From Lytechinus pictus (Eukaryota): a stretch of DNA of 64,000 nucleotides. The notes below the pieces were generated by a model. It made no database searches. It was not told where the DNA came from and worked only from the letters and a program-made list of their open reading frames with translations. Position 1 is the stretch's first letter. The number at the start of each line of letters is the position of its first letter. Shown here piece after piece: positions 47,401 through 58,300 of this stretch. The stretch spans positions 26,786,001 to 26,850,000 of the forward strand of contig NC_087245.1 of the NCBI RefSeq assembly GCF_037042905.1, given 5' to 3'. Both the position numbers and the translations under genes were made by a program.

Positions 47401-50305
47401 ACTTATTCTACAAAAAATTCAAACAAGTTTCTGTGGTCCCAAGAGATTTAACTTGAGTAGAATCATCTTTATTTCCTTTATTCCTGCAAATATTAATTAC
47501 GAAAACCTCCAATACACATAACTAACATAACTTCTGCAGAGCTATACAGCCCAAGAAGAAACTTCATTTACCTTTACCATCACTGCTAGAGTTGCCATCT
47601 ATATCAAATACATTAGTGTCCCTGAGAGGCTGGAGTTGTGACATGCTGCCAAGAGAGGGCTCACTCTCTAATACTGTCCACCAATCTCCTGGGTTACCAC
47701 CTGTCAAAAAAAAATTTAACCTGAACATTATATTTCACAGGTAACAGATCTACAGGTGATGATAAACACTCTCTGCGATCTGTTGTTCACTAAAGTGGCA
47801 CTTACTCTCGCCTTTATTTTGCCTCCCCCTTAAAATTTATTCTCTTTGCAAATATCAAAGTCAAGTTGAACTAAATAAAACAAGTACCCAGTACATTTCA
47901 GAGACAATCAATGACCGAAAGGGGTGGGGGGAGGGGCAAGGGAGAATGGCAGAAGTAGGGGAAAGAAATGCAAAAGATAGAGCAAAGGAAATGAAGGAAG
48001 GAACAGGGGGGGGGGAGACTAAGGGTTTTGTTTTGTTACAACATTTATTTATACCAAAAAAAGTTACTTATTTCATGAATACCATTAAAAAAAATTCTGA
48101 TAAATCAAGAATTTAATGAGTTGCTCCCAAGGTATTTATCAAAATGTTTGCATGAAAAGATAATGAATTCACCTTGTGGTTCCTGGATGTTAGAGTCTTG
48201 AGGTTGACCATCAACTGGTTTAGCCCAATGAAGTGTTTCTTCCAGGTCCTGTCTAACTCTCAACAGATCACGAATCTCACTCTCTTTGCTCTCTCGAAAA
48301 AGCTATCAGGATAAATGTGTGTACAGTAGTCAAAATGAGAGAATAAAAATGTAATAAATAACAACAATGCATAAAGTCTAAGGCAAAGATGTGATGAAAT
48401 AGTTCACCTACATGGACGGTTATAGCAGTAGGCCTACCTCTGAATAACAATTGCCCAAGCTGGCCTTGGCATCAGCTTAAGCAACATCACTTTAATTCAG
48501 CGGCCTAGTTACTCTTAATTTCTGGTTTTGACTATATCAATGCAGATGAACATTTTCTTCTGTTCTCTCCATACACAGCGCACCATGAAATAGGTATGAT
48601 ATGGATATCAATTGACATCAGTTTCCTCTTTAGATTGTATGTGATTTAAGTACATGATGTTAATACATCAATGGAGTATTCTACTTTACTGTACATAAAT
48701 GAGTGTGATGACAACCTATGAAGATTACACAAACAATCTGGCAATTAAACAAAAGTCAGAACATCTAAGAAATTATGGACTTTAGTCAATTTTGGAATTA
48801 CAGGTGCTTAGTAGCAAGTCACAAGTAATGACAATCTAGTCACCTAAAGAGGGGGTATTACATTCAAGAAACACTATCAACTAAGCATTTACATTTCTGC
48901 ACAATACATCTATTGTTCAAGTACTATTACCTAGTCCAAGTCCAATGCCCAGTTTTTTGGTGACACGGAAAATGGAACAAATTTACAGAATTCAGAAAGA
49001 ACACAGAATTCCCAGAATTTCACACGAAACACAATTTTTCAGGCCCCCAAAATTTGAATTACATGTATGTACTTCAAAGCAATATCTAAAAGAGCAAACC
49101 TGTGAGTAAGTAAAAAATCAGCCTGTTTGTGTGTTTGCTAAGCTTTATCTGCATGGAAACTTTAGTTCATATAAGATTATCATTAAATTTCTTTACATTT
49201 TTATTTTTACATGTCCCAGAAGAATACTGAATGTGACGATTTAAAACACTGATTCACACGTAGCATTTTTGAAAATGGAAAAACAGGGGACTCTAGGAAT
49301 ACGAAACACACAGAATCATGTTCACACTATACTGACCTTGAATTGTCTCTGAACTTTGTTCCTATCATGTTCAAAGGTTGCTGCTCTTTCAAGAGCTTGG
49401 TATTCAGCATCCAGTGCCATGTCTCTCTCAAGTCTTAGTTTATTGCACGTTTTCTGTAAAGCCTGTAGATGAAAGGGTATAAACAGAGCATAATGGTTCA
49501 TATTATCAAGTATAGTAGAAGTTGGGCCAAGGTCTAGATCTAGTGCTTAAACTTATGGGAAGCCAACAATTTTGTTTACACTGTATGTTTCTTCGTACAT
49601 GAACGTTGTTTTCAACACATGTTTTAATGGAAGACTAGGTAGTTACTATTCATAAATGGTTATGAAAGAATTAAGCACCAATATGTTGACTAGTTGAAAA
49701 TCTAGTATTGTTAGAGATTTGAGTCACAACTGGCTGTCCATATTAACTTACACCACAACCTTAGACCAGAGTTTAAACTGAATCTAAATCTAAATTCACC
49801 CCTCCCAACACACACATACATGTGCTTTTCATTAAAAAAAAAGTTCACAGGTATAGAAACCAATTGTGAAATGAGTATAATTTGAATATAAAATGGAAAA
49901 TCCTAATTTTATGAAGGGGAATCCACTGAAAAAAAAAACAATCAGGGGGTGGGGGTGGTTTATATGGAAAATAAAATAAAGAGAAAGCACCTGTAACTCT
50001 GCTCTCAAACGTCTATTCTCCGACTCCAGTTTTTTCTCCTTCTTCAGCAGGTCACTCATCTCATTCTGTTTTGCAATTTTGAACATCTCAAAATCCCTCC
50101 TCAGCTTCTCCACCTCTGTGCTTTCCAATTCCACAGACAATGAAGACCGAAGACTCATGCCCTTGGGTCTACGTCCAAAAGACCCCACCGAGCGCAGAGC
50201 ACTGCCCAGTGTCCGTCTCGGTTTCATCTCAATCGGGATACGTTTGATGACCCCGGGCTGGTCATCATCATCCCCATCATTGGGGAAGGAGCTTCCTGTT
50301 CCCAT
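21452..50305 (-). CDS. NPHP3: Nephrocystin-3 (NPHP3) orthologue, 22 coding exons, ~3900-nt CDS
   Basis: N-terminal MGTGSS myristoylation motif; coiled coil [15 protein letters not shown]...[11 protein letters not shown]-loop [16 protein letters not shown]-terminal TPRs ending SRRSSS. All introns are GT-AG and phases join into one frame. Confidence 0.95.
22328..22450 (-). CDS. NPHP3: NPHP3 exon 21 (TPR)
   Basis: [10 protein letters not shown]...[21 protein letters not shown]. Confidence 0.9.
23315..28921. mobile_element. Academ-type DNA transposon (5.6 kb, decayed)
   Basis: TAGGTGAGCGGC...GCCGCTCGCCTA termini (TAG..CTA); 3-bp TSD TAA (23312-23314, 28922-28924); ~180-bp strongly matching TIRs with longer imperfect arms. 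Confidence 0.75.
25240..25420 (-). mobile_element. tRNA-derived SINE inside the Academ element
   Basis: Minus strand GATAGCTCAGTCGGTAGAG (A box), GATTTGATTCCC (degenerate B box), body GGAGAGGACATCAAGCTGTCGGTCC. Confidence 0.6.
29697..29937 (-). CDS. NPHP3: NPHP3 exon 20 (TPR)
   Basis: [21 protein letters not shown]...LAVLYRKQ. Confidence 0.9.
31177..31386 (-). CDS. NPHP3: NPHP3 exon 19
   Basis: [11 protein letters not shown]...[15 protein letters not shown]. Confidence 0.9.
31876..32114 (-). CDS. NPHP3: NPHP3 exon 18 (TPR)
   Basis: [19 protein letters not shown]...YRKQNK. Confidence 0.9.
33349..33437 (-). CDS. NPHP3: NPHP3 exon 17
   Basis: [27 protein letters not shown]. Confidence 0.88.
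34027..34250 (-). CDS. NPHP3: NPHP3 exon 16
   Basis: RLTEELPYL...[12 protein letters not shown]. Confidence 0.9.
34935..35038 (-). CDS. NPHP3: NPHP3 exon 15
   Basis: ACDAVRL...[17 protein letters not shown]. Confidence 0.85.
35459..35623 (-). CDS. NPHP3: NPHP3 exon 14
   Basis: [20 protein letters not shown]...FAHTQ. Confidence 0.9.
36790..38150 (+). pseudogene. Disrupted Academ-type transposase fragment in NPHP3 intron 13
   Basis: Motifs [57 protein letters not shown]; broken by a LINE insertion, a ~150-bp duplication and frameshifts. Confidence 0.7.
37002..37318 (+). mobile_element. 3' fragment of a CR1/L2-group LINE
   Basis: [29 protein letters not shown]-terminal signature; tandem tail (ATCAAGGTAA)x2; removing it restores GGLHTSMNF in the transposase. 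Confidence 0.75.
38295..38622 (-). CDS. NPHP3: NPHP3 exon 13
   Basis: [11 protein letters not shown]...CRGLVKK; AG/GTAAG. Confidence 0.9.
38700..38992. repeat. Degenerate (GAT)n microsatellite
   Basis: Direct reading. Confidence 0.9.
39206..39303 (-). CDS. NPHP3: NPHP3 exon 12
   Basis: [18 protein letters not shown]...CLPAW. Confidence 0.9.
39475..40662 (-). mobile_element. Intact HINE/Helentron-like element with ~163-bp tandem core
   Basis: Same termini and core as 22542-29440, without the Academ insertion. Confidence 0.75.
41264..41465. repeat. (CAT)n microsatellite
   Basis: Direct reading. Confidence 0.95.
41479..41622 (-). CDS. NPHP3: NPHP3 exon 11 (Walker B-like IIIDSLD)
   Basis: [13 protein letters not shown]...[10 protein letters not shown]. 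Confidence 0.9.
42313..42531 (-). CDS. NPHP3: NPHP3 exon 10 (P-loop)
   Basis: [20 protein letters not shown]. Confidence 0.92.
42697..43109. mobile_element. MITE (hAT-like termini)
   Basis: CAGACCTGCCAACC / GGTTGACAGGTCTG TIRs; CAAATG duplicated on both sides (6 bp, not the usual 8). Confidence 0.65.
43874..44053 (-). CDS. NPHP3: NPHP3 exon 9
   Basis: ELGIES...[11 protein letters not shown]...CELTFEK. Confidence 0.88.
44558..44702 (-). CDS. NPHP3: NPHP3 exon 8
   Basis: SVEPEE...AKILEG...LEKIIKL; AG/GTGAGT. Confidence 0.85.
44735..45040 (-). repeat. Two decayed tandem copies of the 5' part of NPHP3 exon 8 and its acceptor
   Basis: Blocks ~44735-44860 and ~44872-45000 align to ~44587-44717. 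Confidence 0.8.
45109..45189 (-). CDS. NPHP3: NPHP3 exon 7
   Basis: [21 protein letters not shown]; phase 2/2. Confidence 0.82.
45996..46189 (-). CDS. NPHP3: NPHP3 exon 6
   Basis: DYGSKLR...VRQREVE..IFVSF. Confidence 0.82.
46640..47054 (-). mobile_element. tRNA-derived SINE interrupted by a MITE
   Basis: Minus strand GTGGTATAGTGG..GTTCAAATCCC head; body CTCTCCACCCAGGTG..AATAGGTACC|GTAGGAC resumes beyond the MITE; related to 52932-53163. Confidence 0.6.
46746..46916. mobile_element. Palindromic Harbinger-type MITE
   Basis: GGGGCCGTTTCATAAAGC..AAGTTAAGAGCGACTTTA arm and its reverse complement; CAG on both sides. Confidence 0.75.
47110..47246 (-). CDS. NPHP3: NPHP3 exon 5
   Basis: [24 protein letters not shown]. 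Confidence 0.82.
47572..47700 (-). CDS. NPHP3: NPHP3 exon 4 (alternative in-frame end at 47578 possible)
   Basis: [18 protein letters not shown] matches the conserved SEPSIGSM motif. Confidence 0.82.
48173..48302 (-). CDS. NPHP3: NPHP3 exon 3
   Basis: [21 protein letters not shown]. Confidence 0.88.
49337..49462 (-). CDS. NPHP3: NPHP3 exon 2
   Basis: ALQKT...[18 protein letters not shown]. Confidence 0.92.
49991..50305 (-). CDS. NPHP3: NPHP3 first coding exon
   Basis: MGTGSS...IPIEMKP...[10 protein letters not shown]. Confidence 0.92.
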
Positions 50306-50762
50306 GACGATACTTGTACTTTACATCATTCAATTGAAAAAAGTCATTGCATGGTCTACTCAATGTAAATCTGATGCACACCAGTACAAGTTCTCTTCCA
50401 TTTCTCCATGCCCGTTTCCTTCTCTGAATGGAGGCATATTTAGCTCATCTCAGACCTGAAAAAGGAAGATATGTACATTGCAAATGAATTAGCTTGGTGA
50501 TGATAGGAGATTTAACCTTTTCATGTCATTGCACATCAGCTATAAAATGACAGGTTACAGTACATCAGTTTTATAGCAAGATTGCTTTTCTTTAACTTCA
50601 CATTAAATGACAGAGTGCCTCTCTAGTCTTCTGTGCATGCTCAATCTGAATTGAGGTGAATGCTGTCACTGCCACTGGTGGTAGATGTATCAATGTCAGT
50701 GAGTGGTGTGGTAACTTATTTTCAGGATGATTGTACAGTCACACTTAATCTGAGGCAAATTA

Positions 50763-51160
50763 AGGCCACCGCACACCTTACGACCTGACTGGTTTGCGAC
50801 TGAGTGAGGGGAGATGTGACGTCACTGATCTTGTCGGCTTGAGCGTCGCAGACCGGTCAGAGACAAGTCGCAAGGAAAATTGTAAGGATTTGACATGTCG
50901 AATCCTTATGACTGGATCGCAAGCTCTATCCAACTTCCAGCCAATCAGACAGCAGGGTTGCATGACGCGTATATGATAAACAACGCGCATACGCAGTAGT
51001 AAGCACACTTTCTTAGTTGCAAAGGCAAAAAGCAAAAAGCGCATGCATGAGTCGCAGATCGGATCGCAAGGTGTGCTGAGTCGAGGCTTATGACTACCTT
51101 GCGATTCATCTCCCCTCACTCAGTCGCAGACCAGTCGGGTCGTAAGGTGTGCAGTGGCCT
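50763..51160. mobile_element. PIF/Harbinger (Tourist-like) MITE
   Basis: ~55-bp TIRs AGGCCACCGCACACCTTACGACC / GGTCGTAAGGTGTGCAGTGGCCT; TTA on both sides. Confidence 0.8.
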
Positions 51161-51929
51161 TTATTAACTCACTCAACAGATTTGAAGTAAACCCATTATT
51201 TCTTAAACTGATCAATTTCAAAGGCATTTTCAATATTTCATAAAATTCCTGTTTCATTCCTGTGATTCAATAATGTCCCTTTTTTTTACATCTTCTTCTC
51301 ATGTGCATTTACAATGGGCAATTAAAAGTTTTACAGATTTTTTTACTAAGAATTTTTTTTCTTTCTTGCAAACTCCAGTAAGATTGTTTGCAGGGTTGGC
51401 ACGTTTTAAACGGTGTGTTTTAAAACATGTTATAAAACGCGTTTTAAAACACCTCATAGACTTGTGTGTTATAAATATGCATGGATGTGATTTTACATGA
51501 ATATATTTTTTATACTTTTTTTCTTAAGTGGTATATTATTTTCTTCTAACTAAATCTCTTTCTCACCACCACTCTTTTTCTCCTCTCTCTTTCCCCCCTT
51601 ATTCTCCCCTTTTCCATTGCTTTGTCATGTTCCTTTCCTCCTGTTCAATTATGAAGATCAATCTATATATTCTCATTTTAACAAGCATTTGAGTGTTGTG
51701 CTCACTTTTAGACAGGGAAAGAAACACTATTTGAAATAAGCTCAAATATGTAATAGTAGTACTTGAATGAAATGGAAGTGTTGCACAAGCACAATAATAT
51801 TTTGCGAATAGACAGTATAACTGACATTGTAACCTTGAGGTACACACGAAAGTAGGTGAAACTTGCGCTTTGTAAAGATGGAGAAAAGTAGTTTAATTCA
51901 GAATAAGATAATCAGCTAGCAAACCTTAA

Positions 51930-52474
51930 AGGACAAGTCCACCCCAAGAAAAAGGTATTATGCTGAAAATTTCATCAAAATCGGATGTAAAATAATAAAG
52001 TGATGACATTTTAAAGTTTCACTTAATTTCGCAAAACAGTTATATGCGCATCCTGGTTGGTATGCAAATGAGGGGACTGATGACATCACTCACTATTTAT
52101 TTTGTATGTCGTTATTTTCTCATTGTCATGTGAAATATATTTTTTTTCCTCCCTGAACATGAGTGGAACTACAGTACCACTGTTTTAACATTTTTTGGTT
52201 CAGTTAAGTTGGTCATTATTATCAAATCTGTATAAATTGAAATATTTTATTGTTCAAACAATTAAAAAAACAAAAGAAATAGTGAGGGACATCATCAACT
52301 CCCTCATTTGCACATCACTGAGTTGTTATAAATGTTTTGTGAAAAATAAGCGAAACTTTAAAATGTCATAACTTTCTTATTTTACATCCGATTTCGATGA
52401 AATTTTCAGCATTATGCTTGTTTGAATTTTCTCTACTGATTCAAATCAGCATTTTTCTGGGGTGGATTTGACCT
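51930..52474. mobile_element. Kolobok-type MITE (intact)
   Basis: TTAA on both sides; AGGACAAGTCCACCCC / GGGGTGGATTTGACCT termini and long inverted arms. Confidence 0.8.
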
Positions 52475-52931
52475 TTAACCCTAACAATCCCAGGGGACTG
52501 TAATGGCCCCCTTAAAAATTTCTATGATAAATCCATAAGAACTGCAGGGCCACGCCATATTGTTCAAGACTATTTTTTGGATACATGCATGGATATGCGG
52601 TTATGATATTACCATGGAGCTATCAACACATTGATAGCTCCATGATATTACACAAGTAAAGCCAATGCAAATTTTTCGCCAACATTTTATCTGTATCAAT
52701 ATTTGTACTTTTTGTTAATGATTGGAAAATTATTGCCAATAATTTCCATTAAAAAACGATAAAAAAAACCCAAAAGTAACCACAAAACTGTACATAAGAA
52801 ATTTAAAAAAAAAACAGTTAAAACAAACATTGAAAAAAACAATTTGATTAAAATTCCTCAATTAAAGAAATAAGCAGTTCAAGGGCCTAATATTTATAGA
52901 TTTAAACCCAAACTTATATTTCATGCACTTG

Positions 52932-53163
52932 TGGGTACCCGGTAGGACGTGAAAGTCATTGTAGCTTGTCCAGTACTGTGTGCGCCTCACTAGCAACTGA
53001 CTGGAATAATACTCAGGGAGTGGAGGATGTGCATACATTGTGTGCGGGAATGACTGATTGAATCCGATGACTGGGTTAATAATATATCTGTAAAGCGCTT
53101 AGACACGTCGTTCCAATGTATTAAGCGCTATATAAAAGCGGACTATTATTATCATTATTATTA
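52932..53163 (+). mobile_element. 3' half of a SINE with an L2-like tail
   Basis: GGGTACCCGGTAGGAC...GTAAAGCGCTT...AAGCGCTATATAAA followed by (TTA)n. Confidence 0.6.
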
Positions 53164-55335
53164 CTTAAAATTTGTATAATTGATACAAATGAAATAAAGC
53201 ATATTGAGTAAATGAAATTAAGCTTTGAAAGCCTATAGTCTATAGATTATGTTGATTTCTTACATAGTGCAACTTCTTCTCACCCCTATAGATTGATAAG
53301 ACTAAAAAAAACCTGAGACTACATGTATGAGGAATAAACTTATAAAATGTCAACTTAATTTTTTGGCATTCAATTTCCTTGATTTAGTAATTTTGGGAAA
53401 AATATGAACTTTTTTGTTGAAAATTCAGTAACAAAAATTGTAGTCATCTCTTAATACTCCAAAAATGTAATTAAAACATCATGAGCTTAAATCATATTGT
53501 ATTAATTGTATAATTTAATTGATTTACAGGAAAATTACATCGTTCGTTGGAAAAAAACGTTTTAAAACGATTTAAAACGTTTTAAAACAATAAAAAACGT
53601 TTTATTTGTTTTTTTTAATAAAAAACGTTTTTTATTACAACCCTGATTGCTTGTGTATGCTGTAGATCCAGTCATTATCATTATGAAATTTTTCGCAGAT
53701 TACTGTGAGTGGGAACAGTGGAAGTTTCTGACCGTATTTTAATGAGTTTAAGCATGAAATATGAGTCAGGTCGGCAGAAGAAAACACCATAAGTAGGCTT
53801 GGCAATGAGCGCTAGATGGCACTGCCGGGGATGTGCTCAAAATTTGTGTGTGTGCGTTGGCCCAATTTTCAATTCCCTGCTGCCGATATCGCTTCCGTGA
53901 TGCAGTACATGTATGACAGGGAGGAAGAATACTTTTTTTCCCCTCCTTGATTGCACTCCTGTGTGGTAAATGCAGCGGCATTGTAACCGGCTGGATTTAA
54001 GCTGGATTCTGATACCAAATTTAGCTTCAAAATCCAACGTAATCCACTCAAAATGAGCCCATATCTGTCAATAAATCAAAGATTTTGATCTACGCTATTT
54101 TCAAGTTTTGCCACATTCTTTTCTCATTTTAAGGGGTTAAGGTGGGATGACAAACCAATTTATTGATCATTTTCGCAACTTGAATTGTTGAAGTTTCCGT
54201 GTGTGGCCGTGAAATGCAAGCCTAGTGCAGCACACCATGCATACTGGAGCCATGTTGATATAGGCTTGCATTATTAATTTCATGGATTTACGCTAGCGTG
54301 CTGAGACGTTTTCACACAAGATGAGTATGCGTCCGACATAAAGCTGAGCGAGAACCAATTTCGTCTATGTATTTTTTGACACATAAACATGTGAGCTATT
54401 TTGCTACAGAAATATGACATTTCTGTAACTTTTAAGTACATGTAAGTTTCATTAAGTTTTTGGTGTTGAGGATTATGTTGGTGTATTTTTTATGACAAAT
54501 AAAGAGCTTTCTAAAATCCTACCTACCAAAATAAACAATGTTTTACTTACACATGTATAATATTACATGCGCACCTGCACTTCAAAAACAAGAGCTTTTA
54601 ATAATAAATAATTGTATGTGATAAGTTCCCCTCTTAGGTTCTACACACAAAACCAGTACGTTTATCTTCATCATCTTGAAGCATGGACAGGTATAACCGT
54701 CGTTTCTGGGGATTTCTTGAACCATTTCTGACATTTCACTGTCAATCTCCATTCACCATCAGTAGTACGTTAGTGCGAGCCTGCAGGTGTAATCATATCA
54801 CCCAATTCGGGCCTGTAGTGTATTGTCTAGATTTTTTTTTTTTTTTTTTTTGGGGGGGGGGTCTAAATGACAGAAAATCAGCTTTAACGATGGCCCACAT
54901 TTTTCTTTAGATTCTAAGCTTTCTCTTGATACTATTAATTTTCAAATAAAATACAAAAAATATACTGATTATTTATTTCTTACTTGTTAAAAATTTTCAC
55001 TGGAGATGCAATTTGGCAGCCGTGTGTAGCCGCCCTCTTCTTCTTCTTTTTCTGTCTTGTGGTGTGTTGGCAACCAGTCAAAAAATTACTATTTTTGCCA
55101 CTGCTTTAATTTGGAGCCTTCTTTGAGAGGATGAAAAGCATCTTTCCTTTCATCCTTTCTTTTTTTTTTTTTACTTTCCTATTTTCCTTCTCATTTTCCC
55201 CCATTTTTTCTCCTTCTGTTTTCTTTTCTGTTCATCTTTCTTTTTTTCTTTTTTCTTTTCTTTTTCTTCTTTTTTTCTACCTCTTTTTTTTTTTTCCTTT
55301 TCTTTTTTTCTGTTCGTTCTACGTTCGTTAAGTTA

Positions 55336-58300
55336 GGCTTTTATCAAAGCTTTCCAATTAGAATTTTTGATATCCTGGGCAAATCAATGCAAGCGACAAG
55401 TTCCAAACGCACGCATCCACAATTAGCAATATGAAGACAAGCACAGTGGCACAAATCGCAATATATATGTATGGCGACTGGTAAAGACGTCTGTAAGGAT
55501 GATAACAAGGTGGCAAATTACGATGACCAACAAAAGGATCGAGGATGACTATGTTTTCATCATCTTTGGAAAGGAATTAGCAGTAACTGCGGTCTAAGGT
55601 ACAAAATTTCTTAATTTTCTTTATGTTTTCTTGTCAAGTTGGATGTAATTTCTTTTTTAAATCCTGATATTTCATGTACAAACTAGCACATTAAAGATGT
55701 GGAGTTCATCCGGCATCTCGCAAGTAATTAAACAAAATTTTCAATTTCAGCCCAGTTGACACTGTAGGGAATTACATTGGTGACATAAATTGAGGAAACA
55801 AAATTGAAATTAGTGAAATGATAGAGAAGAAGCATTTTTTGTGATTTATGAATAAATTTCATATAGATTTATAAGCATAAATAATTTTCTAGTCAAAATT
55901 TCGAAAATTCTGTCTAGAATCTTGGTGAACGTCATAGCTCTCAGATGGAACAAAAAAAAATCAAAATCGGTCAACAAATAAATAAGAATTTATTTGAGAT
56001 TATGAATAAAATTTGCATAAATTAGCATAAGTAATTTTTTAGTAAAAATATTCTGTGTACAAGTTTGGTGAACCTCATGCAGCTCTACCAGATGGAACAA
56101 AAAAATCAAAATTGGTCAATAACATAAAGAAGGGCATTTTCTGTGAATCATTATTAGCATAAATGTAGCTCTCAGATGGAACAAAAAAATCAAAATCGGT
56201 CAACAAATAAATAAGAATTTATTTGTGATTATGAATAAAAAAACATTGTTTCTGGGGATTTATTCAACAATTTCTGACATTTTACTATAATCCCCATTCA
56301 CCGACGGTAGTGTGTTAGTGCGAGCCTGCATGTGAAATCTGGTCAGCAATTCGGAGGACCGGTTTTGTCCAGATTTTAATTTCTTTTAGATTCTAAATGA
56401 CATTATATTATCTTGAACACGAAGGCCCACTATTTTCTTTAGACTCTAATATTTCTTTTGATACAATGTAAGTTCTATAAAATATCGAAAATATACGTTA
56501 TCGATGAGTTATTCCCCAGGTTATTCCTTATTTTTTTAATTTTCTGCCGGAGAGGAAAAAATGGCAGCCCTCAACGAGTTGTGCTTTTATCAAGGCTTTC
56601 CGATTAAATTTTTGATATCCTGGGCAAATCAATGCAAGCGACAAGTTCCAAACGCACGCATCCACAATTAGCAATATGAAGACAAGCACAGTGGCACAAA
56701 TCGCAATATATATGTATGGCGACTGGTAAAGACGTCTGTAAGGATGATAACAAGGTGGCAAATTACGATGACCAACAAAAGGATCGAGGATGACTATGTT
56801 TTCATCATCTTTGGAAAGGAATTAGCAGTAACTGCGGTCTAAGGTACAAAATTTCTTAATTTTCTTAATGTTTTCTTGTCAAGTTGGATGTAATTTCTTT
56901 TTTTAAATCCTGATATTTCATGTACAAACTAGCACATTAAAGATGTGGAGTTCATCCGGCATCTCGCAAGTAATTAAACAAAATTTTCAATTTCAGCCCA
57001 GTTGACACTGTAGGGAATTACATTGGTGACATAAATTGAGGAAACAAAATTGAAATTAGTGAAATGATAGAGAAGAAGCATTTTTTGTGATTTATGAATA
57101 AATTTCATATAGATTTATAAGCATAAATAATTTTCTAGTCAAAATTTCGAAAATTCTGTCTAGAATCTTGGTGAACGTCATAGCTCTCAGATGGAACAAA
57201 AAAAATCAAAATCGGTCAACAAATAAATAAGAATTTATTTGAGATTATGAATAAAATTTGCATAAATTAGCATAAGTAATTTTTTAGTAAAAATATTCTG
57301 TGTACAAGTTTGGTGAACCTCATGCAGCTCTACCAGATGGAACAAAAAAATCCAAATTGGTAAATAAAATAAAGAAGGGCATTTTCTGTGAATCATTATT
57401 AGCATAAATGTAGCTCTCAGATGGAACAAAAAAATCAAAATCGGTCAACAAATAAATAAGAATTTATTTGTGATTATGAATAAAAAAACATTGTTTCTGG
57501 GGATTTATTCAACAATTTCTGACATTTTACTATAATCCCCATTCACCGACGGTAGTGTGTTAGTGCGAGCCTGCATGTGAAATCTGGTCAGCAATTCGGA
57601 GAACCGGTTTTGTCCAGATTTTAATTTCTTTTAGATTCTAAATGACATTATATTATCTTGAACACGAAGGCCTACTATTTTCGTTAGACTCTAATATTTC
57701 TTTTGATACAATATAAGTTCTATAAAATATCGAAAATATACGTTATCGATGAGTTATTCCCCGGGTTATTCCTTATTTTTTTAATTTTCTGCCGGAGAGG
57801 AAAAAATGGCAGCCCTCAACGAGTTGTGCTTTTATCAAGGCTTTCCGATTAAATTTTTGATATCCTGGGCAAATCAATGCAAGCGACAAGTTCCAAACGC
57901 ACGCATCCACAATTAGCAATATGAAGACAAGCACAGTGGCACAAATCGCAATATATATGTATGGCGACTGGTAAAGACGTCTGTAAGGATGATAACAAGG
58001 TGGCAAATTACGATGACCAACAAAAGGATCGAGGATGACTATGTTTTCATCATCTTTGGAAAGGAATTAGCAGTAACTGCGGTCTAAGGTACAAAATTTC
58101 TTAATTTTCTTTATGTTTTCTTGTCAAGTTGGATGTAATTTCTTTTTTTAAATCCTGATATTTCATGTACAAACTAGCACATTAAAGATGTGGAGTTCAT
58201 CCGGCATCTCGCAAGTAATTAAACAAAATTTTCAATTTCAGCCCAGTTGACACTGTAGGGAATTACATTGGTGACATAAATTGAGGAAACAAAATTGAAA

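Larger units (their letters stand above)
51391..53645. mobile_element. Non-autonomous hAT element with nested MITE and SINE
   Basis: CAGGGTTG/CAACCCTG termini; subterminal GTTTTAAAAC repeats; 8-bp TSD ATTGTTTG/ATTGCTTG. Confidence 0.75.

Noticed and set aside
56528..58006. Duplicated 77-aa hydrophobic ORF
   Set aside because: Copies arise from the tandem repeat; the frame is altered in the diverged unit; no coding signature.
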